Assembly (NCBI GenBank): GCA_044222065.1
Contig: JBGAOA010000001.1
Coordinates: forward strand, 32,001 to 96,000
Direction of reading: 5' to 3'
Length of the DNA stretch: 64,000 bases
Source: Candidatus Eiseniibacteriota bacterium
Lineage (GTDB): Bacteria; Eisenbacteria; RBG-16-71-46
Below, piece after piece: positions 1 through 9,238 of the stretch. The notes below the pieces were generated by a model that did no database searches, was not told where the DNA came from, and saw only the letters and a program-made list of their open reading frames with translations. Position 1 is the first letter of the stretch, and the number at the start of each line of letters is the position of its first letter. The position numbers and the translations under genes were made by a program.

Positions 1-488
1 GCGCCGCGGCCGTAGCGCAGCACCGCGAGGCCGAGGAACGCGAAGAACAGCATCGGCGGGTCGCTGCGGATCAGGTCGTAGCCGCCGGCGATGAGCCCCT
101 GGCCCCACAGCCAGATCGCGCCCGCGGCGAATCCGAGCAGCTTGCTGCCCGTCTCGCGACGCACGATCCAGAGCATCAGCAGCGCGAGTCCCGTGGCCGC
201 GCCCATCGCGACGGCGCGGCCGACCCAGAACTCGAGCCCGAGCACGCGTGACAGCAGCCCGACGATCGTCGTGTAGAGCGGCATGTACGCGAACGGCGTG
301 AACCCGAGCGACGGCTCGACGTAGAGCGGCTGGCCGTGGGCGATGCGCGCCACGTGGTCCATCATGAGGCCTTCGAGATTGCCGTTCTCGACCGCGCACG
401 GCAGCCGCCGCAGCCCGACCCAGAAGAAGGCGGCCCACACGAACGCGCTCACGAGGAACAGCGCCGACTTGAAGAGGCGCGCGATCAC
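1..488 (-). CDS. GT-C fold (ArnT/PMT-like) membrane glycosyltransferase, N-terminal part (runs off window edge)
   Basis: Manually translated from GTG at 488, which overlaps the upstream stop (GTGA): MIARLFKSALFLVSAFVWAAFFWVGLRRLPCAVENGNLEGLMMDHVARIAHGQPLYVEPSLGFTPFAYMPLY..., followed by hydrophobic helices. Not in the ORF track because it is truncated. Confidence 0.65.
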   Translation of the reverse strand, partial: MIARLFKSALFLVSAFVWAAFFWVGLRRLPCAVENGNLEGLMMDHVARIAHGQPLYVEPSLGFTPFAYMPLYTTIVGLLSRVLGLEFWVGRAVAMGAATGLALLMLWIVRRETGSKLLGFAAGAIWLWGQGLIAGGYDLIRSDPPMLFFAFLGLAVLRYGRG

Positions 489-2092
489 GGAGCGGAGGTC
501 GCGGACGAATCGCCCGCCGCGGCGACGGCGCCGCGCGGCGCGTACCACGTGCCGAGCGGACCGCGGCGCACGGGCTCGAAGCGTTCGTCGAGCAGGCGTC
601 GGAACGACGCCGAGCGTTCGAACACGGGCGGATGGTCGAGCGTGAAGTCGCGGTGGATGAACACGTACGCGGGGCGCGAGTCCACGAGCGCGCGCGCGCA
701 CGCTTCCCATTCGGGCGGCTGCATGAAGTCCATGAGCATCGAAGGATTGCGCGGCCCCGCTTGATCGCGGCCCGCGAGGTAGGTGAAGAGCGGGTTTCCG
801 ATCTCGAAGATCGGCCCGGGGCGCGCGCCGGGCTCCGAGAGGAACTTCACCTCGTCGAGCACCTTGCCGTAGACGCCGTCGCGGCTGAAGCGCAGGTGCG
901 AGCGGTGCTGCGCGCTCGCCGTGCGCAGGAAGCCGTCGTGCACGAAGTAGAGCGCCTTCGTCGCGCCGGCGATCACGGCCCAGCCGCACACGAGCGCGAC
1001 GAGCACGCCGACGCGCAGGGAGGCGCGGCGGTCGCCCGAGCGCTCGAACGCATCGCGCAGCACGTCCACGCCGCGCGCGGCGAGCGCGCCGAGCGGCACG
1101 ACGAACATCATGAAGTGGTACTGCCAGTAGGAGAATCGCTGCACGAGCAGCACGCCGGCCGCCGCGACGAGCCACAGCGTGAAAGCGATCGTCCAGCGAT
1201 CGCGCCGCACTCCGCGCGCGAGGCCCAGGAACGCGAGGCCGAGGACCGGCGCCCAGCGCGGCGCGAACCACAGGAAGCCGTCGAAGAGCGTCTTGAAGCG
1301 CACGCCGCGCATCTGCGAGAACACCGAGCGCGGGTAGTCCACGTAGGTCCACTTCGCCTCGGCGAGCGTGCCGTCGCGCACGAAGGTGGCGACCACGAAC
1401 GCGAGCACGGCCGCGAGCCCGACCGCGACGGCCGCGGCGTTCGTGAACGCCGGCGGCCAGCCGCGCGCGCGTTCGTCGTCGCCGGCCTCGGCGCCGGGCC
1501 ACAGCGCGACGAGCCACAGCAGTCCGACGAGCGGCAGCAGCGCGAGCTTGAACACGAGCGCGACGCCGCCCGCCAGCCCCGAGAGCAGCGCCCACGGCAG
1601 CGAGGTGCGCGACGCGCCGCGCGCGCGCATCGCGGCCGCGAGCGCAACGAACAGCGGCAGCCCCGTGAGCCACTCGACCTGGCTCAGGTGGCTGCCCTCG
1701 GCGAAGGCGTAGCCGTAGCCGATCGACAGCAGCGCGGCGACGGAGGCGAGCCAGCCGCGTCCGAGCCAGCGCGCGAGCCCGGCCCGGAGCGCGATCGCGA
1801 GCGTTCCCATCCACACCACGTCGAGCGCGCGGATGCCGATCTCGCGGAACCCGAACAACCGGCCGCCGGCGAGGAAGAACCAGAACAGGCCCGGCTGCTT
1901 CACGTCCCAGACGTCGCGGTAGAGCTTCGCTCCGGCGGCGAGCTTCTTCGCGCACAGCGTGAAGAACGCGCCGTCCCAGATGAACGGTTGCCCGAGGTTG
2001 ACGACGGCGAGCCCGAGCACGGCCGCGAGCAGCAGCGCGTCCGGCCACGACGCGCGGGGGGCGGAGCGCGGGGCGTCGGTGCTCGCGGCCAT
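485..2092 (-). CDS. GT-C fold membrane glycosyltransferase (family 39-like)
   Basis: 3' part of ORF 485..3487 from MAASTDAP. First TM helix, then WDGAFF...LYRDVWDVKQPG loop motif, many TM helices and a C-terminal soluble domain. Confidence 0.75.
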   Translation of the reverse strand: MAASTDAPRSAPRASWPDALLLAAVLGLAVVNLGQPFIWDGAFFTLCAKKLAAGAKLYRDVWDVKQPGLFWFFLAGGRLFGFREIGIRALDVVWMGTLAIALRAGLARWLGRGWLASVAALLSIGYGYAFAEGSHLSQVEWLTGLPLFVALAAAMRARGASRTSLPWALLSGLAGGVALVFKLALLPLVGLLWLVALWPGAEAGDDERARGWPPAFTNAAAVAVGLAAVLAFVVATFVRDGTLAEAKWTYVDYPRSVFSQMRGVRFKTLFDGFLWFAPRWAPVLGLAFLGLARGVRRDRWTIAFTLWLVAAAGVLLVQRFSYWQYHFMMFVVPLGALAARGVDVLRDAFERSGDRRASLRVGVLVALVCGWAVIAGATKALYFVHDGFLRTASAQHRSHLRFSRDGVYGKVLDEVKFLSEPGARPGPIFEIGNPLFTYLAGRDQAGPRNPSMLMDFMQPPEWEACARALVDSRPAYVFIHRDFTLDHPPVFERSASFRRLLDERFEPVRRGPLGTWYAPRGAVAAAGDSSATSAP

Positions 2093-2202
2093 GGATCGGG
2101 GTCTCCGGGTCGTGCGAAGGGTGCTCGCGTGCGCGTGCGCGGGCGGTCGAGCGCGAAGAAATAGCACTCGCCGCCGTGTCTGTCGCCCCGAATTCGCGCG
2201 CC

Positions 2203-3678
2203 TCAGTGCGGCTCGCTCGCGCGTCCTTCCCACAGCGTGACGGGCGGAATGATCCAGCGCCGCCCGTGCGCGGCCGCGGCGATCGCGCGCGCCTGCGCAG
2301 CACCGGCTCGCGTCACCTGGTCGCGCGCGACGCGCGCGCGATCCACTCCGACGCCCCACCACGCGGCGCCGCCATCCACCTCGCGCGCGAACGCGGCGGT
2401 CGTGATCCGCGCCGACACCGGGATCTCGAGGCCGCCGTCGAAGTACTCGGTGCCGCCGTCGCCGAGCAGCAGCCGATGGCGGCCCGCGGGGTCGTAGTAG
2501 AGGGCGGTGAGGATCGAGTGCGACTCGGCGTGCACCACGAGGTCGCCGGGCGCGCGCATCGCGGCGAGCCGCGCGAGCGACGCGCGCAACGCGACGCCTT
2601 CCGGGAACGGCGGCGCCTGCCAGCTCCAACGCGCGGCGAGCGCGACGAGCACGGCGGCGAGCGCGAGGCGGAGCCCTCGGAGCGGGCGGCCGTCGACGCC
2701 GGCCGCGACGAGCGCGAACCAGATCGGCGCCGCGAACAGGAACTCGTTCGGGAACGACACCGGCAGCACGCGGATCGCGAGCGGCGGCAGCAGCACGAGC
2801 GTCCACGCGATCGCGGCCGCGCGGCGGCGCGCGCGGTCGAAGAGCGGCACGAGCGCGAGGATCGCGAACGCGGGCAGGAGCGGCGTGTGACTCAGGCACA
2901 GCTTGCGGATGTAGTCCGCGATCTCGTGGGGGCGGGGGAACTTCGCGAGCGACAGCGTGCCCTCGCGCGCGAGCTGCTCGAGGAACACGGGCAGCTGGGG
3001 CAGGAAGCCGGCGAGGATCGCGAGGTGCAGGAGCAGCAGCGAGCGGCGCCGGCGCGCGTCGCCGCGCAGCGCGACGAGGCCCCACGCGAGCAGCAGCGCC
3101 TGCACGGCGAGGAACGCGTAGTGCGTGTAGAGCGCGAGCAGCGACGCGGCCACGCCCGCGATCGCGGCGCCCGCGCGGTCGTTCTCGAGCCACGCGGTCC
3201 ACGCGTCCACGACGACGAGCGCGAGCAGCCACTGCACCGGGTACATGCCGACTTCCTGTCCGTAACGAACGAGCGCGAACGCGACGGCACTGAACGCGAC
3301 CGCGAGCAGCGCCGCGCGCGTGCCGAACCAGCGCCGGAACAGCCGGAACGCGAGCGGCAGGCACGCGAGCGTCAGCGCGATGGAGAAGCCCTTGTTCCAG
3401 GCGGCGCCGTCTCCGCCGAGCCGGATCCACGCGTGGCGCACGAGGAAGGCGAGCGGCGGGTGGATGTCGCGCGAAGCCGTCGTCCACACCTCGTGCGCGG
3501 GCCGGCGCGACAGCAGCACGAAGTAGATCTCCTCGAACCAGAGCGGCGAGCGCAGCGCGAGATGGACACGCAGCGCGCCGGCGACGAGCACGAGCAGCGC
3601 GAGCGCGGCGTACACCGCGCCGCCTTCGCGCGCGCGGGCGGCGGGGGCCGCCGTCGGGCCAGCCGAGTCGGGACTCAT
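2203..3678 (-). CDS. GT-C fold glycosyltransferase family 39 (mannosyltransferase-like)
   Basis: 491 aa; SPLWFEE...DIHPPL and YGQEVGMYP motifs typical of PMT-like GT39; polytopic. Confidence 0.8.
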   Translation of the reverse strand: MSPDSAGPTAAPAARAREGGAVYAALALLVLVAGALRVHLALRSPLWFEEIYFVLLSRRPAHEVWTTASRDIHPPLAFLVRHAWIRLGGDGAAWNKGFSIALTLACLPLAFRLFRRWFGTRAALLAVAFSAVAFALVRYGQEVGMYPVQWLLALVVVDAWTAWLENDRAGAAIAGVAASLLALYTHYAFLAVQALLLAWGLVALRGDARRRRSLLLLHLAILAGFLPQLPVFLEQLAREGTLSLAKFPRPHEIADYIRKLCLSHTPLLPAFAILALVPLFDRARRRAAAIAWTLVLLPPLAIRVLPVSFPNEFLFAAPIWFALVAAGVDGRPLRGLRLALAAVLVALAARWSWQAPPFPEGVALRASLARLAAMRAPGDLVVHAESHSILTALYYDPAGRHRLLLGDGGTEYFDGGLEIPVSARITTAAFAREVDGGAAWWGVGVDRARVARDQVTRAGAAQARAIAAAAHGRRWIIPPVTLWEGRASEPH

Positions 3679-3799
3679 GCGGGGCGGAACGCTACTCCCG
3701 GGGCGTCGCGGTGTCGAAACCGCCGCGCGTGCGCACCGCTCGACGCCCGCGCGGCCGCGCCGCTATCATCCGCCGCACTTCTCGCCGCATTTCGAGGCT

Positions 3800-3924
3800 T
3801 GGACTCCGTTGGAAGACCCGAGTGCAAGGCGGCGAGGGAAAGTGGAACGAGGTGTATCCGCAGGATACTCCGCAGTGACGAGTGACCGAGCCAACGCGGC
3901 AATCGGGTCTTCCAACGGAGTCCA
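3800..3924. repeat. Perfect 22-bp inverted repeat enclosing an 81-nt spacer (candidate structured RNA, invertible segment or MITE remnant)
   Basis: TGGACTCCGTTGGAAGACCCGA (3800-3821) is the exact reverse complement of TCGGGTCTTCCAACGGAGTCCA (3903-3924). An inner hairpin GTATCC-gca-GGATAC lies in the spacer. Confidence 0.85.
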
Positions 3925-3940
3925 GCCGAGGTACGTCCCC

Positions 3941-5161
3941 GTGTGGTCCCAGATCGAATCGAAAGTCGCGAACGGTGAGCGCCTCACGTCCGAGGAGGGC
4001 GTGTTCCTGCTGACCGACGCTCCGCTCACCGACCTCGGCGCGCTCGCGAACGAGATGCGCAACCGCAAGAACGACCCGAAGGTCGTGACGTACGTCATCG
4101 ACACGAATCCGAACTACACGAACGTCTGCACGGTGGACTGTCACTTCTGCGCGTTCTACCGCAAGCCGGGCGCGAACGCGTCCGACGCCTACACGCACGA
4201 CGTCGAAGGCGTCATGAAGATGATGGCGGACGCGGACCGCCTCGGCGCGACGACCGTGCTGCTGCAAGGGGGGCTCAATCCTGCGATCGCGTGGGAGTTC
4301 TATCCGGCGATCGTGCGCGAGGCGCGGCGCCGCTACCCGCACATCACCCCGCACTTCTTCTCCGCGCCCGAGATCCACCAGATGGCGGAGGTGTCGGGCC
4401 TGACGATCGAAGGTGTGCTGAAGGCGCTCTACGAGGCGGGCCAGACGACGCTGCCGGGCGGCGGCGCCGAGATCCTCGCGACCCGCGTGCGCAAGCGGAT
4501 CTCGGTGAAGAAGGGCGGACCCGACGCGTGGCTCGACGTGCACCGCGCGGCGCACCGCGTCGGCATGGTGTCCACGGCGACCATGATGTACGGCCACGTC
4601 GAGACGCCCGAGGAGATCGTCGAGCACCTCGGCTACGTGCGCGCGCTGCAGGACGAGACGCGCGGCTTCACGGCGTTCGTGCCGTGGAGCTACAAGCGCG
4701 GGAACACGCCGATGGAGTCGAAGGTGAAGCACATCGCGGGGGCCTCGATGTACCTGCGAGTGCTCGCCGCGAGCCGGCTGTTCCTCGACAACTTCGATCA
4801 CGTGCAGGCGTCGTGGTTCAGCGAGGGCAAGAAGACCGGCCAGATCGCGCTGCACTACGGCGCGGACGACTTCGGCGGCACGCTGTTCGAGGAGAACGTC
4901 CACCTCGCGACCGGGCACGTGAACAAGACCACGATCGCCGAGATCGAGACGCTGATCCGCGAGTCGGGCTACACGCCCGCGCAGCGCACGACGCGCTACG
5001 AGATCCTGCGCGTCGGCGAGGGTCCCGAGGCGCTCGCGAGCCTGAGCGCCGACGTGCCGCTGTTCGTCGAGAGCCTGCGCGAGCTGCCGGCCGAGTACCC
5101 GGACGTGATCGAAGGCGAAGAGTCCGCGCCGGCGAACGGCGGGCTCGTGATGCCGCGCTGA
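3941..5161 (+). CDS. mqnC: Cyclic dehypoxanthine futalosine synthase (radical SAM, futalosine menaquinone pathway)
   Basis: NYTNVCTVDCHFCAF (CxxxCxxC), LPGGGAEIL, ATMMYGHVE, QASW...GADDFGGTLFEENV. GTG 3941 has a GAGGT RBS 8 nt upstream; alternative start at 3875. Confidence 0.85.
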   Translation: MWSQIESKVANGERLTSEEGVFLLTDAPLTDLGALANEMRNRKNDPKVVTYVIDTNPNYTNVCTVDCHFCAFYRKPGANASDAYTHDVEGVMKMMADADRLGATTVLLQGGLNPAIAWEFYPAIVREARRRYPHITPHFFSAPEIHQMAEVSGLTIEGVLKALYEAGQTTLPGGGAEILATRVRKRISVKKGGPDAWLDVHRAAHRVGMVSTATMMYGHVETPEEIVEHLGYVRALQDETRGFTAFVPWSYKRGNTPMESKVKHIAGASMYLRVLAASRLFLDNFDHVQASWFSEGKKTGQIALHYGADDFGGTLFEENVHLATGHVNKTTIAEIETLIRESGYTPAQRTTRYEILRVGEGPEALASLSADVPLFVESLRELPAEYPDVIEGEESAPANGGLVMPR

Positions 5162-5167
5162 CGCGCG

Positions 5168-5218
5168 GGAAACGACACGGCGCCCCGGAGCTCGCCGCTC
5201 CGGGGCGCCGTCGTTTCC
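5168..5218. terminator. Likely bidirectional intrinsic terminator between convergent mqnC and ccmF
   Basis: GGAAACGAC..GGCGCCCCGGAGC-loop-GCTCCGGGGCGCC-GTCGTTTCC long stem. Confidence 0.7.
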
Positions 5219-5245
5219 GGTCCGCGACGCGTGCGCCGCGGCGAA

Positions 5246-7462
5246 CTAGGCCGTGTGCGTCGCCGCCTGCGCCGGGACTTCGGCGGGCGCTTCGACGCGC
5301 CGACGCACCGCGGTCGTCTGCTCCTGCGCGCGCCGCACTCCGGCGAGCGCCGTGCCCAACAACGTGAGCAGCGCGCCGACCCACACGAGGTTCACGAGCG
5401 GCTTCACGCTGAAGTCGATGATCGCCGTCGGGATCGCCGCGCCGACCGAGGGCAGGAGCACCGCGATGCGCGCGTTGTCCGCATCCATGCGCGACAGCAT
5501 CAGCTTGCCGCCGCCCGGGAAGTCGGCCGGGATCGCGTGCGAGCCGTGTTCGTCGGCCGTCACCGCGGGCGACACCGTGAAACGCTCGCCGTCGCGCTCG
5601 ACGTCGATGTCGGCGTAGGCCATGAACTGCTGCGCCTCGTGGTCCATGCGGAAGCCGCGGAACGTGTAGCGCGCGCCGCCGACGTCGGTGGACTGGTTCT
5701 TCGTGAGCCACACGGGCTCGGCGTGCCCCTGCGCTTCGGTCGTGCCGACGTCCACGGGCGACACGTAGAGATCGCGCACGAGGTCGAGCGCCGGCGTGTG
5801 CATCATGCCGTCGCCGCGCGGGGACGGCATCATCTTCGGGAGCGCCGTCATGCTCCACTTGCCCTTCTCGACCTTGATCTCGAGCGCGCGCGTGTCACGG
5901 GGCAGCATCTTCGCGCCGGCATAGGTGACGCGATAGCCGAGCACGTCCTTCACCTCGCCGGCGTCGAGCTGCAGCCGCTCGGTGCGGCCGAAGCCGGTCG
6001 AGACCGCGATGCCGACCGCCATGATGGCGACGCCCGCGTGGCCGAGGTAGCCGGCGCCGTACGTCCAGCCGCGGCGGAACAGCTTCGCCGCCATCCACAC
6101 GTTGACGCCGAGCATGAGCCCGGTCGCGAACAGCAGCGCGAGCCACAGCGGATCGCGCAAGCCCGCGAAGAACGACGTCGCGAGCAGCGCGACGCCGGCG
6201 ACGAGCGCGGCCGGGAGGAACGACGTCCACGACAGTCCCTGGCGCGACGTCCAGCGCAGCGCGGGCGCGACCGCCATGAGCAGCAGGATCGCGAGCGCGA
6301 GCGGCATCGTGACGCCGTGGTAGAACTCGGGGCGCACGCTCGCGGGCTTGCCCGCGAGGCCCGTGAGCAGCGGCATCGTCGTGCCGGCCGCGACGAGCAC
6401 CGCGAGCGCGACGACCGTCATGAGGCCGAGCCACAGCGCCGACTCGCGGCTCGCGCTCACCCACTCCACCTTCTTCGGCTCGATCGCCACCCAGCGGAAG
6501 GCGAGCAGCGCGCCGCCGATGAACGTGAAGCCGAGCAGGAACGTCGTCAGCGTTGGCCCGAGGCCCGTGTCCGCGAACGAGTGCACCGAGAAGTCCGACA
6601 GCACGCCGCTGCGCGTCAGGTACGTGCCGCCGACCACCGTCAGCCAGCCGAGTGTGGCGAGCAGCAGGTTCGTGCGCGTCATCGCGCCGAGCGTGCGCTG
6701 GATCAGCAGGCCGTGCAGCATCGCGACCGCCAGCAGCCACGGAACGAGCGACGCGTTCTCGACGGGATCCCAACCCCAGTAGCCACCCCACCCCAGCACC
6801 TTGTACGCCCAGATCCCGCCGAGGACGATCCCCGTCCCGAGGCTCACCACCGCGAACAGCGACCACGGCCAGACGCGCTTGTTCCACTCGTCGTACTCGC
6901 CACGCACGAGCGCCGCGGCACCGAGCGCGAACGGCACGAGCATCGCCGCGTAGCCCACGAACAGGACCGGCGGATGCGCGACCATCCACGGGTCCTCGAG
7001 CAGCGGATTGAGTCCCGCGCCGTCCGCCGGCACGACCGGCGTCGTGACGAACGGGGACTTCGCCATGAGCAGCGCCATCATGAAGAGCTGCGAGAGCCCG
7101 ACGAACGTCATCGCCGGAGCGCTGAGGCGTCCGGGCTGAAGGAACAGGAACACGCCGACGAGCGACCCGAGCGTCGCCCACAGCAGGATGCTGCCTTCCT
7201 GCCCGGCCCACAGCGCCGCGAGCGTGAGCGCCGGAGAGAGCGCGCGCGAACTGTTGTGCGCGACGTACTCGAATTCGAAGCGATGATTGAGGAAATAGCC
7301 TGCGAGCAGTCCGAGCGCGGCGAGGAGCGACATCGAATGGAGCGCGAAGACGATGTTGCCCGCCGAAGAGCGCTCGCGACCACGGAACGTCGTGGCGTAG
7401 ATCCCGGTCGCAGCGAGCGCGAGCAGGAATGCGAATTTGAGGAGCAGGTCCCCGGTGAACAT
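5246..7462 (-). CDS. ccmF: Cytochrome c heme lyase CcmF (System I maturation)
   Basis: WAGQEGS, HPP and WGGYWGWDPVENASLVPWL (WWD domain) motifs, LTRSGVL..SVHSF; ATG 7462 with GGAGG RBS. Confidence 0.92.
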   Translation of the reverse strand: MFTGDLLLKFAFLLALAATGIYATTFRGRERSSAGNIVFALHSMSLLAALGLLAGYFLNHRFEFEYVAHNSSRALSPALTLAALWAGQEGSILLWATLGSLVGVFLFLQPGRLSAPAMTFVGLSQLFMMALLMAKSPFVTTPVVPADGAGLNPLLEDPWMVAHPPVLFVGYAAMLVPFALGAAALVRGEYDEWNKRVWPWSLFAVVSLGTGIVLGGIWAYKVLGWGGYWGWDPVENASLVPWLLAVAMLHGLLIQRTLGAMTRTNLLLATLGWLTVVGGTYLTRSGVLSDFSVHSFADTGLGPTLTTFLLGFTFIGGALLAFRWVAIEPKKVEWVSASRESALWLGLMTVVALAVLVAAGTTMPLLTGLAGKPASVRPEFYHGVTMPLALAILLLMAVAPALRWTSRQGLSWTSFLPAALVAGVALLATSFFAGLRDPLWLALLFATGLMLGVNVWMAAKLFRRGWTYGAGYLGHAGVAIMAVGIAVSTGFGRTERLQLDAGEVKDVLGYRVTYAGAKMLPRDTRALEIKVEKGKWSMTALPKMMPSPRGDGMMHTPALDLVRDLYVSPVDVGTTEAQGHAEPVWLTKNQSTDVGGARYTFRGFRMDHEAQQFMAYADIDVERDGERFTVSPAVTADEHGSHAIPADFPGGGKLMLSRMDADNARIAVLLPSVGAAIPTAIIDFSVKPLVNLVWVGALLTLLGTALAGVRRAQEQTTAVRRRVEAPAEVPAQAATHTA

Positions 7463-7955
7463 GAGAGTGACCTCCGCGAGTGTCGGTGACAGTACGTCGC
7501 GGCCGTTCACTGCGAGATTCGTGCCCTCCAGCCGTGCACGACGCCTCGTCGCGGGCGTCGGGCGCGCGATGCCCTCGCGCCGGACGCCGTGACGCGGGGC
7601 GCACACGGACACGCCGGTCACGCGTTCGCGATCCACTAGCGCGGTGAAACGCGTGGGCTTGCGGCGCGGGCGCGCCCGGCCTCGACGCCCGCGCGCGGGC
7701 GAATGTTCGAGAGCGCAACCGCACGACGCGAGACCCGGATCTCGGATCGCAGACCGGCGAGACCCGATCACCGGCTGCACTCGACTGCGAGAGCGCCGCG
7801 CTCGGCGCGGCAGGAGCCGCTGTCAGGCTGGCAGGTCGGCCCGGGTCGGACCGTTCGCCGACCGACTGCCATTCAGGCAACTTCAAATTACGCTTCTCGT
7901 TGAGAGACAGCGGCTTCGGCCATCCCTGCGTAATCCTACGGATGTTTGTGAAGAA

Positions 7956-7970
7956 TGGCACAAGCGTTGC
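7956..7970 (+). promoter_or_regulatory. Sigma54 (RpoN) -24/-12 promoter upstream of the cytochrome operon
   Basis: TGGCAC-AAGCG-TTGC matches the TGGCAC-N5-TTGC consensus, lies in a locally AT-richer intergenic region and is 94 nt before the first gene. Confidence 0.75.
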
Positions 7971-8063
7971 CGTCTGCGTGCTCGGTGCGGTGGATGTCCG
8001 CATGCGCGCCATGGAAGGCGCGGGTTGCCACCCGATTGAGTCGACTTCCGAGGAGCACTGCAG

Positions 8064-9119
8064 GTGGTTGGTCACGAAGCTCAGATCCGCAGCGGACACA
8101 CGGTCCGCGACGCTCGAACGCCGGAAGCGGCCGCCGGGCGGGGTCGAGCGCACACCTCGAAGCTCCTCGCGCCCGCGACGCTCGTCTTCGCTCTCACGCT
8201 CGCCGCCTTCGCTCGCGAGGCTTCCGCGGCCGAGTACGGGGAGCCGGCGATCGACTCGTCGCACGTCATGGCGATGGCCCACCGCGGCCAGTCGTTCGTG
8301 CGGCCGCGGGCGATCGTCGTGGACGCCGCCCACCAGGAGATCGCGGTCGCGAACACGGGCCTCGGGCGCATCGAGTACTTCGACTTCCGCACCTGGCCGC
8401 GCGGCTACTTCACTCACGTCGTCCCCGACCCGAACGGTCGCGGGCGGGCGGGCGAGCCGTTCGCGCTCGCGCTCGATGGGCAGGACCGGCTCTTCATCTC
8501 CGACCTCTACGTGTCCTACGTGGACGTCGTGGACTTCCGCGGGCGCTCGCTCGCGCACCTGACGCTGCCCGCGCCGGACGACAGCGCCTCGGGCGAGACG
8601 GGACCGGGAGCGCTCGCGATCGCGCCCGATGGCCGGATCCTCGTCGCCTCGCGCGGCAAGCACGGGCGCATCCACGTCTTCGACTCCGAACTGCGGCACG
8701 TGAAGACGTTCGGAACCGCCGGCAAGGACCCGGGCGAGCTCTCGGTCATCACGTCGCTCGCCGTGGATGCGGGTGGACGGACGTACGTCGCGTGCGGCGC
8801 GACGCAATTCGCCGTGCAGATCTTCGACGCCGACGGCCGCTACCTCTCGGGCTTCGGCGTCCACGAAATCGGCCCGGGCAACTTCTCGTTCCCCTCGGCG
8901 GTGACGCTGACGGCAGACGGGAGGGTCTGGGTCGCTGATGCCATAAGACAGCTCGTTCAGGTCTTCGACCCGAATGGGAAGTACCTCGGGGCAGTGGGTG
9001 GAAGCGGGAACAAGCCTGGCGAGTTCACCGAGCCAAGCGCTCTGGCCGGCGATGGACACGGCATCCTGGCGCTGACCGAAAAATCGGGCGGTCGGTTCCA
9101 GGTGATGTGGACGCGCTAG
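8064..9119 (+). CDS. Exported NHL-repeat beta-propeller protein
   Basis: Repeats such as PGNFSFPSAVTLTADGRVWVAD and PGEFTEPSALA; hydrophobic signal-like segment; GAGGAG RBS before GTG 8064. Confidence 0.85.
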   Translation: MVGHEAQIRSGHTVRDARTPEAAAGRGRAHTSKLLAPATLVFALTLAAFAREASAAEYGEPAIDSSHVMAMAHRGQSFVRPRAIVVDAAHQEIAVANTGLGRIEYFDFRTWPRGYFTHVVPDPNGRGRAGEPFALALDGQDRLFISDLYVSYVDVVDFRGRSLAHLTLPAPDDSASGETGPGALAIAPDGRILVASRGKHGRIHVFDSELRHVKTFGTAGKDPGELSVITSLAVDAGGRTYVACGATQFAVQIFDADGRYLSGFGVHEIGPGNFSFPSAVTLTADGRVWVADAIRQLVQVFDPNGKYLGAVGGSGNKPGEFTEPSALAGDGHGILALTEKSGGRFQVMWTR

Positions 9120-9238
9120 CGGAGATCTCCGTCCGACGGGACGGCACCTGGGAGGTGATAAAGACCCCATCCGCAGTACCTGACTACATCGGGCCCGATT
9201 CACTCATACACGCTTCAATCTTCTAGAGGAGTTTCCCA

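Noticed and set aside
3800..3924. SRP RNA, tRNA or retron ncRNA identity for the long hairpin
   Set aside because: No SRP GGAA-loop domain, no cloverleaf and no neighbouring reverse transcriptase; left unassigned.
7971..9238. Cyclic-dinucleotide (GEMM-I) riboswitch upstream of the OmcS-like gene, as in Geobacter
   Set aside because: I could not find the GGCAAA..GAAA..GACGCAAA core by eye in either leader; an Infernal search would be decisive.
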